A DNA stretch of 64,000 bases from the human T2T-CHM13v2.0 reference genome, Homo sapiens, in assembly GCF_009914755.1 (NCBI RefSeq), contig NC_060934.1; one strand, written 5' to 3'. This document shows positions 48,781-64,000 of the stretch, piece by piece. The translations under genes and the position numbers were made by a program. The notes beneath the pieces were generated by a model, which did no database searches, was not told where the DNA came from, and worked only from the letters and a program-made list of their open reading frames with translations. Each line of letters opens with the position of its first letter. Within the stretch, counting starts at the first letter, position 1.

Positions 48781-50359
48781 GTATATTACGGTTAATAAGT
48801 AAACCTCATCTCTTCAACTGAAAAACATGTGAAACGTTAATAAACTTTAAATTAGTCACTAAATTTCACTTCTGAAATAGCTGTTATCAGTTCCTACAAT
48901 TATTCATGGTCTTATTGAGTCTCTGATAGGACCTGGGCCATACCATTTATTTTATATGGTGATATATTTCATATTTAATTAAACTAATTCTTGGGAATTG
49001 AATGACTTAAGATACACTGCACAATTTTACATTTGTCCCTTGGTGATAAGGCAATATTTTCCCAAGTTTTTTAAAGTTTTATTTGTAAAAACAAAGCACA
49101 AGAATTTCATATGGTTTTTCATACAAAGCTAAGAATTGGGCTAGTGGCAAGCTTTTTTTTCACTGCTACTTGAAAAACCCTTAAAATATTGAAATGTCTA
49201 CAAAAGCAATAAAATGATCACAGGATTATATGGTGATATTTAATTTTTGTACAAGTTAAATATCACTGAGAATTAACTGTTAGAAGTTTATTCTGAAGTG
49301 ACATTTTCCTGGAATACCAGACCTTTACAACATAATTAAAGGTTTTCTCATTGTAATAGTGCCATGTTGCTGATATGAAAGCTCTTTAAAATTGTGATTC
49401 TATTTTATGTTATTATACATATATAATAATATGTAAGCCATTTATTTTTGTTGTGTTCTTATGAAATCATTTTCCCATGAGTTTAGGTAGTAATATTGTC
49501 TTTCCTTGAATAGTATAAAAGAATTAGTAGGGGAAATGAGTGTTGGAAAGTATTTTGAGCAGCCAATCTGTATATTTGAAAATAAAAATGATCATTTCAC
49601 TCATTCTTCAATGGGAAGTATAATCACTCACCATTACAGTATTTATAAGACAATATTTATCTCTACCGTAATAGGATGTATAGTATGAAAAAAAATAGTA
49701 CTATTTTTCTCTTCTGTAGCAATAGCTTTGTTTCAACAGGCCTCCTCCTTCCCTAATTAGCTATTTCCACATATTTCTGTTGCCAGAAATTTCTTTATGA
49801 AGGTGTTAGTTTTGGATTAGTTGCAAGGTTTAAGACATGATAAAACGCCACAGAATTCATATCATGGTTGTAAAAGAAATACATCGAGACTCCAAAAGGA
49901 GAAGAAATTAGGATGAAGCAGGTGGATGCTTAAAATATGAGTTGCCTGAAAATGAGGTGTAGAAGAACAAAGAACACAAAGACCTACATCTCTCCTTTCA
50001 CTATTTTAGATAATATCTGTAAATGTATTTTTCTATTTTTCCTTAGGTGTCATTATCAAGGAACAAAGAACTATGACTGGAAATGGATTTACTTCCCTCA
50101 GTATTATCACTGTTCATTGACACTGAGGCACATATTTATTTTTTCATTTAAAATTTCTGAAATAGGGATCTATTTTACATTTTATTATTATGTATTCTCA
50201 ATATAATCTTACATTGGATGAATGTGATAAAAATGATAAATGTAATTCATTTTTCAGTGTCAAGCTAGTATAGTTTAGTTAAAATAGAAATAACTTTTAA
50301 TCCAAGAGTATCTGCCAATACTGTACATTGAGCTTCCCGCTCAGCAAAGTAGAAAACAG

Positions 50360-50685
50360 AAGAATATATATAAACACCTCAAAGAGAAAGGTTAAAAAGA
50401 GTAAGATAGGATCATGAGATATTCCAAATGCAGCAAGGAGGTCTAACATATGTTTAATTGAAATCCTAGTAGGAGAAGAAAGAGAACAAGATTTATGAAA
50501 TAGTTGACTAGAAGATGGCTAGCAATTTTCCAGAAATGATGAAAGACCCTAACTACAGATGAACAGGGTCCAATATATCTAAGACATGATGAATGAAAAA
50601 GATATCACCTAGAAAATCATATTAAAACACCAAAAACCCAGTGACAAACAGAAAATTGTAAAAGTCTTTGGAGAAACAGACATAC
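50360..50685 (+). mobile_element. Old L1M ORF1 remnant
   Basis: 'ggtctaacatatgtttaattgaaatcc', 'aattttccagaaatgatgaaagac'. Confidence 0.65.
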
Positions 50686-50691
50686 TACTTT

Positions 50692-52398
<1,707 letters not shown>

Positions 52399-52505
52399 TA
52401 TTTTAAAGTCCTGTCTGATAATCTCAGTGCTCAGATTTTTAGGAGTTAATTCATTTCCATTAAATGTAATAATTGATATGAGTGGATTTATATCTGCTCT
52501 TTGTT

Positions 52506-52636
52506 ATTTTTTGTATTTTTAGTAGAGACCATGTTCAGCCATGTTGGCCATGCTGGTCTTGAACTCCTGACTTCAGGTGATCCACCTGCCTCAGCCTCCC
52601 AAAGTGCTGGGATTACAGGTGTGAGCCACTGCACCT
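52506..52636 (-). mobile_element. AluS left arm only
   Basis: From linker 'tttttgtatttttagtagagac' to 'gagccactgcacct'. Right arm and terminal GGCC absent. Confidence 0.85.
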
Positions 52637-53926
52637 ACTGTATATGTGATATTCTAAATCCTTTGTTTTCACTTCAACTGTGTTCACAGGACTTTCACCA
52701 GGGGTAGGTTCTATGTCAGTAATTCTGTTTCCATTTATACAGTACAAACAGTAGATTAGCATAATTTTTAAGGGCCCTAGGATTTTCAGAATGGTAAATG
52801 AACACTGGCTTCCACCTAAGATAACAAGGGGCATTAACCCCTAATAAGACAGTCAGCCTGTCCTCTGAAGCATTTTAGCCAGGTATTGACTTCTCCTCTC
52901 TAGCTATGAAAGTCCTAGGTGGCACCTTTTTCCAATAGAAGGATGTTTCATCTACATTGAATATCTATTGTCAGTCCAGCCACCTTGTCTTAGCTAGATC
53001 TCCCAGATAGCTTGCTGCAGCTTCTGTGACAACACTTGCTCCTTCACCTTGCACTTTTATGTTATAGAGATGGCTTCTTTCCTTCATCCTCATGAATCAA
53101 ACTTTGCCAGCTTCTAACTTACCTTCTCCAGCTTCCTCACCTCTCTCAGCCTTCATAGAATTGAAAAAAAGTCAGGACGTTGCTGTGGATTAGGCTTTGG
53201 TTTAAGGGAGTTCTGTGGCCGCTTTGTTCTTTTATCCAGACCACTCAAACTTTCTCCATGTCAGCAATAAGTCTGTTTTGCTCTCTTATCATTCATGTGT
53301 TCACAAGAACAGCACTTTTAATTTTCTTCAGAACTTGTTTTCATTCACAATTGGCTGTTGTCTGCAAGAAGCCTAGCTCTCGGCCTATCTCAGCTTTCAA
53401 CGTGCCTTTCTTAGTGAGCTTAACCATTTCTAGTATTTGATTTAAAGTGAGAGACATGTGACTTTTCCTTTCCCTTTGACACTTCAAGACTGCTGTAGGG
53501 TTATTAATTTGCCTAATTTTAATATTGTTGTGTCTCAAGGAACAGGGAGGCCCCAGGAGAAAGAGAGAGAGAGAGAGAGAGATGGGGGAAAGGCTGATGG
53601 TGGAGCTATCAAAACACACACATTTATTGATTAAGTTCACTCTCTGTTATGGGCATTGTTTGTAGCACCCCAAAATAATGACAATAGTAACATCAAAGGT
53701 TGCTGATTACAGACCACCTTATTGGATATAAAATAATATCGAAAAAGTTTGAAATATGGTAAGAATTACCAAAATGGGACCAGCGATATGAAGTGAAAAC
53801 ATGCTGTTGAAAACATGGTGCTCACAGATGTGCTCAATGCAGGGTTCCTACAAATCTTCAGTTTGTAAAACATGCAACATCTATGAAGCACAACAAAGCA
53901 AAGTACAATAAAATGAGGTATGGCTG
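52637..53926 (-). mobile_element. Tigger1 5' portion (TIR and transposase N-terminal remnant)
   Basis: TIR ...aataaaatgaggtatggctg followed by TA (53927-28). ORF 53341-53640 has ERKSHMSLTLNQILEMVKLTKKGTLKAEIGRELG, the Tigger1 transposase start. Confidence 0.92.
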
Positions 53927-53993
53927 TATGTAGCTTACACGCACAGTAACAATGCATTTCTATTACTTTACTTCTAAAATAGACAGATTTACA

Positions 53994-54036
53994 CACAGAG
54001 TCATTGGCACAGAGTCACTGGCACAGAGCCACTGTC
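53994..54036. repeat. 14-bp unit CACAGAGTCACTGG x3
   Basis: cacagagtcattgg cacagagtcactgg cacagagccactgt. Confidence 0.85.
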
Positions 54037-54666
54037 AAAATGTTTATACCTCTTTTACAGAGAATTTATCAAATGGCAGAAAGAAAATCGGAGCTCCGAA
54101 AAATCCACCAAATGAACAGTCACACAAGTTGCCTGAGAAGAACATGCTCAGTTACTTTTTTGAAGTTTCATATCCCATAAATAATAACCCAGGAGGGTCA
54201 GATAGAGAGGATTAGGAATGTCATCTTAGTGAACAGTCATCCACATGAACACACAAAGCCAGTGGAAAGGGTGGTCCCCCTAATTAGCCTAATTAGGCTT
54301 AGGTAACCCCTCAAGCCTAATTTTCTGGGATAAACCCAATTTTATCATGACGTATATTAATATACTGTTGGGTTTTGTTAATTTACACATCTTTAGAATT
54401 TTTAAGTAGTCATATTTGAAGCTAACCTATATTTAGGTTATATTTAACCTATATTTTAATATTTACCTTATGTGGTTTTTTAATCTGTAAAAGTCTAATT
54501 CCCTTAGTTGGAAACACTTGTTCTCTTTTATTTTAAATTTTGAAAAATCTAAATACTATGAAGATATTATACTCTTTTGTTAACTATTATACTGCTCTAC
54601 AAAATTATCTGGGCCTAAAATTTGTTTATGAGACACATTTTTATTTTTATTTTTATTCATTTTTCT

Positions 54667-54935
54667 TTAATCATTTCTAGTTTTTGATTTAAAGTGAGAG
54701 GCATGTGACTCTTCCTTTCCCTTGAACACACAGAGACTGTTGTAGGATTATTAATTTGGCTAATTTTAATATTATTGTGTCTCAGGGAATAGGGAGGCCC
54801 CAGGAGAGAGAGAGAGACAGAGAGAGAGAGACAGAGAGGATTGGGAAAGGCTGATGGTGAAGCTGTGAAAATACACACATTTATTAAGTTCACTGCCTGT
54901 TATGAGCATTGTTTGTGGTACCTCAAAATAATGAC
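54667..54935 (-). mobile_element. Second Tigger1 internal fragment, homologous to 53420-53682
   Basis: ORF 54657-54893 CSRERKSHMPLTLNQKLEMIK. Colinear with the upstream copy. Confidence 0.88.
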
Positions 54936-54999
54936 TACTCATTATAATCTATATAATGAGTTATATACATTTTCAATTATTGCTTATACAAATATTTTT

Positions 55000-57600
55000 A
55001 TCCTTTCACCTAAGTTTCTAGAGAAGCTCTCACCTAAATATCCAGAGAAACAGACAAATCCAAAGTCACAGCTGAGATCTGCTTACCTGGGACAGATTTC
55101 ATTGCACCCACGAATGGGTAGGAACACTAAGATGATAGTTTTGATGAATTACTGCAGGGCGACGGTTAACTGATAAGAAGGAGAAGCTCCTGGCAGGACA
55201 AGGTCATAGGAAGATTCCACACTTTCATAGGTTTTATTTTGAGAAACCCAACCAGGTTCTAATGGTAAAGATCCAAGAATGTTTATTTCATGGATCTTGC
55301 AGAAGAGGAGAAGAATAATCACTGTGGTTATGCCCCAGGCATTCTCCATAACAAAGACCTATTCTTCAGAGGAAAAGATATAGGAGAGCCTTATCCCAGT
55401 AAGTAAGGGTTAAGGGCTAACCCATTCCTGCCACAAAAGCTATAGCAATGAAATAACATTTGTGAATGTCATAACCAAGAGACAGACGGAATCATAGGAA
55501 TACAGTATACTTTCCCTCCCTCACACCTGACCAACACATCACTAAGGCTTCAGTATGATCATAATGGATTACAGGTGAAAAAGCTGGAAGACAGTAACAT
55601 AAAGACACAGAGGAAACTGAGGCCTCTGGCACCTAGAGCTCCACCAAACATCATACACAATCTAAATCCTAGAAATTAACATAAACTTTCACATTAAAGG
55701 ACTGCTTACCTTCATTACAAAAACATGACACATCATGTCCAGTTTGTAACAAGAAATTACAGCACTTGCTAGAAACGAGAAGGAAAAATACAATCTAAAT
55801 TAATAAAACAAACACCAGAATGAGACACAGGTAAGACACAGATATTGGAAATAGCAGAGAAGGAATTTAAAATAATTATGATTAATATAGTAAGGCTAAC
55901 AGAAAAAGTAGACAACAAGGATGAACAATGGATAATGTGAATCGAGATAGAAACTTTAAGAATAAAAAGGAAATGCTAGAAATAAAAACACAGTGGTAGA
56001 AATGAAGACTGCCTTTGCTGTGCTCCTCTGCTGGTAGACTGTAGCTCCAGCAAACATACTAAAGGGGGAATCAATGACCTAAAATATATGCCAATAAACA
56101 CTTCCCAAATTGAAATGCAACAGGATGAAAGAATTTTAAAAATCCAGGACACACCCAAGAACTGTGAAAAACTTCAGAATTTAAACATACGTGCACTGGA
56201 AATACCAGAGAAGAAATAGCGAGAAGAGGGCAGGAAGGAAGACTTAAAGTATTAACAGCCAACTATTTTCCAAAATTACAGACCCAAGGAACTCAGACAA
56301 CATTAGGCACCAAGCAGAATTTAAAATAAATAACTAAAAAAACCTTCCCCCTCGCCCTGTTGTATTCAAACTACAGAAAACCAAAGACAAGGAGTAAATC
56401 TTAAAAGAAGCCCAGGGGAACATTATCTATAGAGGACAAAGAATATGTTGGACTTATTACCAGAAACCATGCAGTCAAGAAGAGAGCAAAGTGAAATATT
56501 AAATTGTTGTAAGAAAAAGAAAAGACAACAACATAGACTTCTGTATCCAGAAAATAATCATTTTTCAGAAGTCAAGGAATAATAAAGATATTATGTGACA
56601 AACAAAAAGTCAGGGGCTCTATTACCATCAGATCTTCCTTGAGGGAAATATTCAGATAATTATTTAATGGAGTTCTTCAAGCATTGAAAAATAATCAGAA
56701 AATAAGTCAGAAAATTAGTTTCTTAGTCCATTTCAGCTGCTATAACCAACTACCATAAGCTGTGTAGCTTACAAAAAACATTATTTCTCACACTTCTGAA
56801 GTCTGGGACATCCAAATTCAAGGTGCCCACCGATTTGGTGTCTGGTGAAAGCCTGCTTTCTATTTCATAGATGGCAATTTCTAGCTGTATCTTCACAAGG
56901 GGGAAGGAGGAAGGAGCCTCCTTGGCCTATTTTATAAGGGTAAAAACCCCATTCATGAGAGCGCTGCCGTCATGACCCGATTACCTTCCCAAAGTCCCCT
57001 CTGCCTAATACTATCACCTTGGAGGTTAGGATTTTAACATACAAATTTTGAGGGAACGTAAACATTTAGACCACACAGATTTATATAAATAAATAAATAG
57101 AAGACTGTTGGAGAAGAAATGAATGAGGAAAAAATAAAGTATTTTGTTTTCCTAAATCTTAATTCATCTGAACCCTTTTTTTAAAAAGTCATAATAACAA
57201 CTATATATTGTGTGACTACTGCATCTGGAAAAGGGAAATTAGAGACAGCAATGTCATAATGGATGGGAATAACTGGGAATTCTCCATGAAAATGATGGAA
57301 ACGTGAAACCTTATATCGTTACTTTAAAGTGGACTTAGATGACTTAACAATGTCTATTAGAACCTCATGGGCAAACACTAACAAATTTTTTAAAGGAACA
57401 ATTGATATGCTATGAGAGGGGTTAAATTAGAGCATATGAGATATTCACTTAAAACCAGGGAAAGCAGAAAAGGAGGAAAAGAGAAAAACAGAGGACAAGT
57501 GTAATGATGTAACAAAAAGAAAACAGTTAAAGACATGAAAGATATTAAACCAAATATATCGATAAGAAGTTTTAATGTGAATGTTTAAATATACCAATTT
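55000..57600 (+). mobile_element. Old L1M 5'UTR/ORF1/inter-ORF remnant, interrupted by MLT1A
   Basis: 'cagatattggaaatagcagagaaggaatttaaaataattatgattaatat', 'cagaaaccatgcagtcaagaagagag'. Confidence 0.7.
56719..57077 (-). mobile_element. MLT1A0-like LTR
   Basis: 'tcttagtccatttcagctgctataacc...ggtgtctggtgaaagcc...aacatttagaccacaca'. Confidence 0.85.
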
Positions 57601-57601
57601 A

Positions 57602-57940
<339 letters not shown>

Positions 57941-58384
57941 TTACATTTCCCTAGAATGTGTCTTGTGCTAGCAATTATCTTTAGCACTCTGAACCCTTTC
58001 AATATGATGCTACTTATTTCTTTAGTTTCATATTTTTAAATATTTCTTATCTTCCCTTTTACTCTCTTTACTACTTCAAGCTCCCTGAATGAAACATTAC
58101 TTTTACTTTACTTTATCATGTCTCTTAACTTGTCTCCCATTCTTTTTATCTTTTCATCTATTTCCGATGTCTTTTGTGAGAGTGTGTTTGATGTAGGTCA
58201 CTACCTTATTTTTTGAGTATATGCACTCTTCTATTCAGTGCCTCCTATATGTTATTTATTTCATATATTTTGACATTTATACTTTTTATATCCATTTCAC
58301 TTCTTTTTTCAGTTCAGTTCTGCTTAGTATTTGTAATAACTTTTATCTTTTTGATAAGATTTATCATGCTACTTTAGATTCTTT

Positions 58385-58679
58385 CTTTTTAAAAAATTTT
58401 TTGAGACAGCGTCTTGCTCTGTTGCCCAAGCTGGAGTGCAGTGGCACAATCATGGCTCACTGCAGCCTTGACCTCCTGAGTTCAAGCTATCCTTCCACCT
58501 CAGCTTCCTGAATAGCTGGAGCTACAGGTGTGGGCCACTATGCCTGGCTTGTTTTGAAACTTAAAGATGAGGTTCTCACTGCATTACCTAGGCAGGTGTT
58601 GAACTCCTGGCTTCAGGTCATCGTCCCACTAGGGCCTCCCAAAGTGTTGAGATTATAGGCATGAGCCATGGCACCCAGC
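58385..58679 (-). mobile_element. AluJ
   Basis: 'aatcatggctcactgcagccttgacc'. TSD tagattc... Confidence 0.88.
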
Positions 58680-58905
58680 TAGATTCCTGTTTTATTTTAT
58701 GTATTCTGGTTACCCTGGCAGGGGCAACCCCACTTGTGATCTTTGCTTTATCGTGCATAAACCCTGCAGTTACACTGCACATTTTCTTTATAAACCTTTC
58801 TTCTCTTAGGCCCCCGAGCTGCCCTGGAAATCAATGTTTTCTCTTGGCTTTCAAGAATGGATGTGGTAGAAGGGAGTCTGACTCCAGGCTGAAAGAGTTA
58901 ATTTC

Positions 58906-59222
<317 letters not shown>

Positions 59223-61811
59223 TCACCCACTCTTCAGGTTACCCCATCCTCTTTGATCAAAGAATGGCTTTTGGGACTCTTCCCAAGACACAAACGACTT
59301 TTTGATGTGGCTGTGAGACCTATTTTTGAAAAGAGCCTGCATGTCTGAAATGCCGAAGAAGGCAGGAGGGTACTGTCAGGGTCAGTCAATCCACCTGCCT
59401 GTGGCCATAAGCACTGCCCTCCTGCAGGCTGCGGATGGTGCGCCTCTGAGGTTGCTTTCATTTTTAGGTGGTGTTGTTGCCTCCCTTCTCCCTGGTGGCA
59501 AAGCAGCAGGCAATTATTTACTGAAGACAATGTGGAAGAGAGGCAGGGTATATACAGAATGTTCTTTCTCAGGCTATTTGGACCCAACCTGCTGACTCAC
59601 AGTGTGTCACGTTTGTGTGTGTGTGTTAATCACTAAGCTTGGTGCCAGCTCTTCCACCCTTTATATACCACCCTTCTGTCTGAAACAGGAAGTCATCTTC
59701 CTATTTTTTTTTTTCTTTTGGTCCACCTGTTTATCACTCAAATCAATTTCTCTTCTTCCACCTGCTTAACTTTCTCTCAAATACATATTTTTAAATCACT
59801 GTTGGTGGATACAAGGATTATTGCAGCTGAGTGATTGGATGATCTTTTATTTTGCTCTTTCTTTTATGGACAGAAGCCAAACCACTGAAATGAATGATCA
59901 GAATAAAACTTAGAGCTTGTTACAATGTGCTTTGAAGAGCAAAGTCATGATAATTAGCTATCTGTGAGTCCTGAGAATTCTAGATTAATTGCAGGATTTT
60001 AAAACTTATTTTTAAGTTCCAACTGTCACTTTTATCAGTTCCAGCTATTTCAGTGGATACAGAGCTCACATTCAGATGGTGTGCTCATCAGCCTTCTATT
60101 GGTTTACATTAAATAGTTTGCTCTCACAGGCACCTCTCTTTAAAGCATTTTATAAATGCTAATTAATTGCCAGGCCCTCAGGAATTGTTCAACATCATCA
60201 TTTTCATCATACACATTAGGAAACCAATATACAATGAGGTTCGAATGCTCAATGAAGACCTCATAGTAGTTGGTAGCAAAGGACAAAGTAGAAATCTCCC
60301 AGATTTTAATTTCTTAGCTCAAAATTTTAAAACCATTATCTAGTTCAGTAATTGAACAAGCATTGTGTGTCTTTTGTCACAGTATTCTTGGAAATTGGAG
60401 ATGTTCATGCTTATTGACAGATATCTTGGCATCCTGGTTGCCACTGGGGTCTAACTAGGCTACCTAATCAAACACTTCATTTGAACGGAAATTCTCATAT
60501 ACAACAGCTGACTTGTTCTAAGGCTGGTCATCATGTTATTATCCTCCAGTTCCATCACCTTTGTCACCAGCCTTGCCTTTTATTGATTCTGAGACCAATT
60601 GCTATTCACATACATGACTGAAAGTCCTGTACCTGGGTGTAAGTATGACCTTTTTGGTAACCTGTGTATCTGAGCATGGTCTTAGGTCATGGAACAAACT
60701 GCTTCTGTCTGTTAGAGCCATTTGTCTAGTATCTCTAGGGGAAAGAAGAAGAACCATAGTTATTCTAAGCTAGGGCTGTGGAATATTCTGTTAAAGAAAA
60801 GCAAACACAATAAAAGTGCATTTCAGGGTTTTAGAACAATTTTTACTCAGAAATGATAGCATGAATATCATTTTAAAAAATCTTTCTCTGTCACTGTAAC
60901 TGAAAACCTGCCTTAGTACTTTTATTTAACAACTTTTATATGTTTATTTTAGCAAGGAATTTTAAAAGAAACTAGCTATGTTTACTTTTGCTTTTGGCAA
61001 TAGTTTCAAATGCTTTATTTTGTAAGGCCCTATTACCAATTCACACATTTCTGTAACTCATCATCATAACATTATTCCTAATAAAGCCAGAATAAATACT
61101 TATTAACACTCAAAGCAGTAATTGCTATAAATTTCACATGCATAATGGTTTTAGTCCACCAATGTAGGAAGATCGACTAATATAATAAGGAGAAAAGGGA
61201 GCAGAAAATTATAATGTGAAAATACTGAGAACAATAGATTAAAGGACACAGCACCAAATTAGGGGTGTTACAAATAGTCTCACAATGAAAGAATAAAGGA
61301 TATTGTGATGTAAAATGTCTAGGAGAGAATGATGCATGGATACATTAGAAGCCCAGAAAGCTTTAAAAATACCAGGACTTGCTTTGTAAAATGTGTTAGC
61401 GTTTGTGTATGAATTGGTCTTCCAATGTTGTCTATTTCCCATAACAGAGTTTAGCAAACCTTAAATGATTGAGTTGAATAGGAAGAGACCGTTTGTGCCA
61501 AAAATGCTCATATACCTTCAAGACTCCAACTTATTTCATCATTCTGATGACAATCACATTATTATAACATTTTTTTCTTCCAGTATTCAATATAAATCAA
61601 TGACACTTAGGACTAGTTATAGGGCTAAAGCAGTGGTTCTTTACCTTCACCTGTCCATTTCTCCATTACCCCATCAACAAGTACATCGACTGCACACCAT
61701 GTAACGAGTGAGCTACTAAATCCCATGGAGAGAAAGAAAAATATGATCCCTTCACTGAAAATTTTTAAAGAGAAAAGACAAAATTTACATTAAAATAGCT
61801 AGTGATAAATA

Positions 61812-62233
61812 CTGTTGACCCTTAAACAAAGCAGAGCTGAACTGCACGGATCCATTTCTGTGTGGATCTTCTTCCATCTCTGCCACCCCGGAGACAGCAA
61901 GACCAACCCTTCCTCTTCGTCCTCTTCCTCAGCCCACTCAATGTAAAAAAAGGATGAAGACCTTTAGAATGATCTGCTTCCACTTAATGAATAGTAAATA
62001 TATTTTCCTTATAACTTTCTAAATAACATTTTCTTTAGTTTACGTTATTGTAACAGTACAGTATATAATACACGTAACATACAAAATATGTGTTAATCAT
62101 ATGTTTGTTATCTGTAAGGTCAATAGCAGGCTATTAGTAGTTACGTTTTTGAAAAGTCAAAAGTTACATGTGAATTTTCAGCTGTAAGGGGGCATTGGCA
62201 CCTCTAATCCCTGCATTATTCAAGGGTCAATTG
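61812..62233 (+). mobile_element. Tigger2a (MER28-type) DNA transposon
   Basis: TIRs ctgttgacccttaaacaa / ttattcaagggtcaattg. TA on the left. About 420 bp. Confidence 0.88.
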
Positions 62234-62314
62234 GACATCTTAAACTCTAAGATACTGATGAGACAAGAAAATAAAATTTGAGAATGAAAAATAATTCTAA
62301 ACTCCTTTGTATTT

Positions 62315-62628
62315 TGAAATGTGATCTTACTTGGTAATAGGGTAATTGCAGGTGTAATTAGTTGAAGTGAGATTATGCTGGACTAAGGTAGACCTCTATT
62401 TCAATTTGCTGTCCTTATAAGAAGATGATCATGTGAAGACAAAACATTGGAATGAGGACTCTAGAAGCCAAGGAATGCCTGGGACTCACAGCTCTTAGGC
62501 AGAACCAACCCTGCTGAAAGGTTGATTTTGGGTTTCTAGCCTCCAGAGCTGTAAGACAGTAAATTTCTGTTGTCTTAAGCCACCCAGCTTGTGGTATTTT
62601 GTTAGGACAGCCCTCAGAAACTAATACA
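62315..62628 (+). mobile_element. MLT1B-like LTR fragment
   Basis: 'gtccttataagaag', 'tagcctccagagctgtaagacagtaaatttctgttg'. Ends 'gaaactaataca'. Confidence 0.8.
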
Positions 62629-62629
62629 A

Positions 62630-64000
62630 AGAGTAAAACTATGTTTATTATTTATGAATAAAATCCTACAAAATCTACAAAAAAGGTTCTAGAAAACATT
62701 TAGACTAGTCAACTAGTAGAATACAATGTCAATAAATTGCATTTGTGTATACTTGCAATGAAAGATCAGAAACTGATGTTTAAAGATACCATTTACAATA
62801 GCATCCATAACTATTAAACACATAGAGATAAATTATCAAGCTATATATGTGATCTCTTCACTGACAACAAAACATTGCTGAGAGGTATTAATTAAATGAT
62901 AAATTAATATAGAGATATGCCATGTTATGGATTGGGAGACCAAATATTAAAGCACCAAATCCATAGATTCAAAATCATCCCAATCAATTGCAATGAGCTT
63001 TTTTAAAAAAATAAATTGACAGCCTGATTCTAAACACATATTGAAAATTAAAAGACAGAAAAATATTTAAAAGAATGAAGAGGGAGGACTTAAACTATGT
63101 GATTTCAAGATTTTCTATAAAGTAACAATAAATACAACAGTGTGATATGAGAATAAGATAGATGAATAGATCAATGGAACAGAATAGAAAGTCCAGGAAC
63201 AGACCCACCCATATATTTGATTTTCAACAAAAGTACCCAGGCAATTCAATGAGAAAAGAGTAATCCTTCAACAAATAATGCTGGGAAAACCGAATAATCA
63301 TAGGCAGAAAAGTAATCAAGACTTATTACTTACCTAAAAACATATAATAATTATTTTCAAGATCCTATTTCTAAATATGAGAGCTAGAACTGTAAAACAT
63401 CTAGAAAAATCATATGAGAAATTACTTGGAACATTGTATTAGGCATTGTACTTAGATGTATTTCTTTTAGAGAAAATGTGATAAAATTTACTTTATCAAA
63501 TTTAAATTATTTTCTATTTTCAAAAGAAACTGCTAAGACAGTAAAAGACCCAAGCCATAGACAGAGAGAAATTATTCATGGAATATATACTGATAAAGAG
63601 ACATGTTTCTAGATATATAACAGACTATTATATTTATGTATATTAATACTAGCATTGTCAAGAGACTTCAATAGACCCATCATCAAAGAAATAAATGAAT
63701 GGCAAATATCATAGGGAAAACGTTCAACATCATTGGTCATAAGAAAAATGCAAATTTAAGCCACAGTGAGCCTCTACATACCTACTAGAACGACAAAAAC
63801 TATAAAGGCTAACCACATCAAGCACTGGTGAGGACACAGTAGAGCTGTAACACTCAATCACTCCTAGGATGAACGCAAAATCATGCAACCACTTTGGAAG
63901 ACAATTGGATGTTATCATAATGTTAAACATGCATTTATCATATGACACAGCCGCACAACTCCACAGATGAAAATGTTTATCTTTACAAAGACTCACACAT
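62630..64000 (+). mobile_element. Old L1M ORF2 3' region (runs off the window)
   Basis: 'atagatcaatggaacagaatagaaagtccag', 'caacaaataatgctggg', 'aaccactttggaagac'. Confidence 0.8.

Noticed and set aside
53341-53640. Transposase-like ORF resembling TIGD1
   Set aside because: Decayed Tigger1 fossil with stops and frameshifts, truncated before the complete DDE domain. Not a domesticated gene.

Overview
AT-rich, repeat-dense primate DNA. It is almost certainly human, because it holds an AluYa5 with all five diagnostic changes and an L1PA2-type element. I find no recognisable protein-coding exon, RNA gene, CpG island or CRISPR-like array. The ORFs I can assign are read-through of Alu, L1, Tigger1, ERV or microsatellite sequence, and the rest look like chance ORFs. 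Main contents: (1) a two-LTR class I (MER4-group, MER67-like LTR) provirus at 724-9669 (-) with an exact ATTA target-site duplication (TSD), PPT, decayed PBS and a probable env remnant, into which an L1PA8-like element and an AluSc later inserted; (2) three 5'-inverted (twin-primed) L1s, one also carrying an internal template jump and a filler-containing deletion; (3) 12 near-full Alus and one half Alu, one with a compound TTTTA/TTTCA/TGTCA tail; (4) MLT1/MLT2/MER57 LTRs, Tigger1/2a/3a DNA transposons, MIR/L2 and old L1M remnants; (5) a cluster of small duplications and palindromes at about 52.4-55 kb that looks like a repair scar. I do not see a previously undescribed biological system. The findings are unusual structural details of known element families. 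Subfamily names come from memory of consensus sequences, and old-repeat boundaries are approximate.
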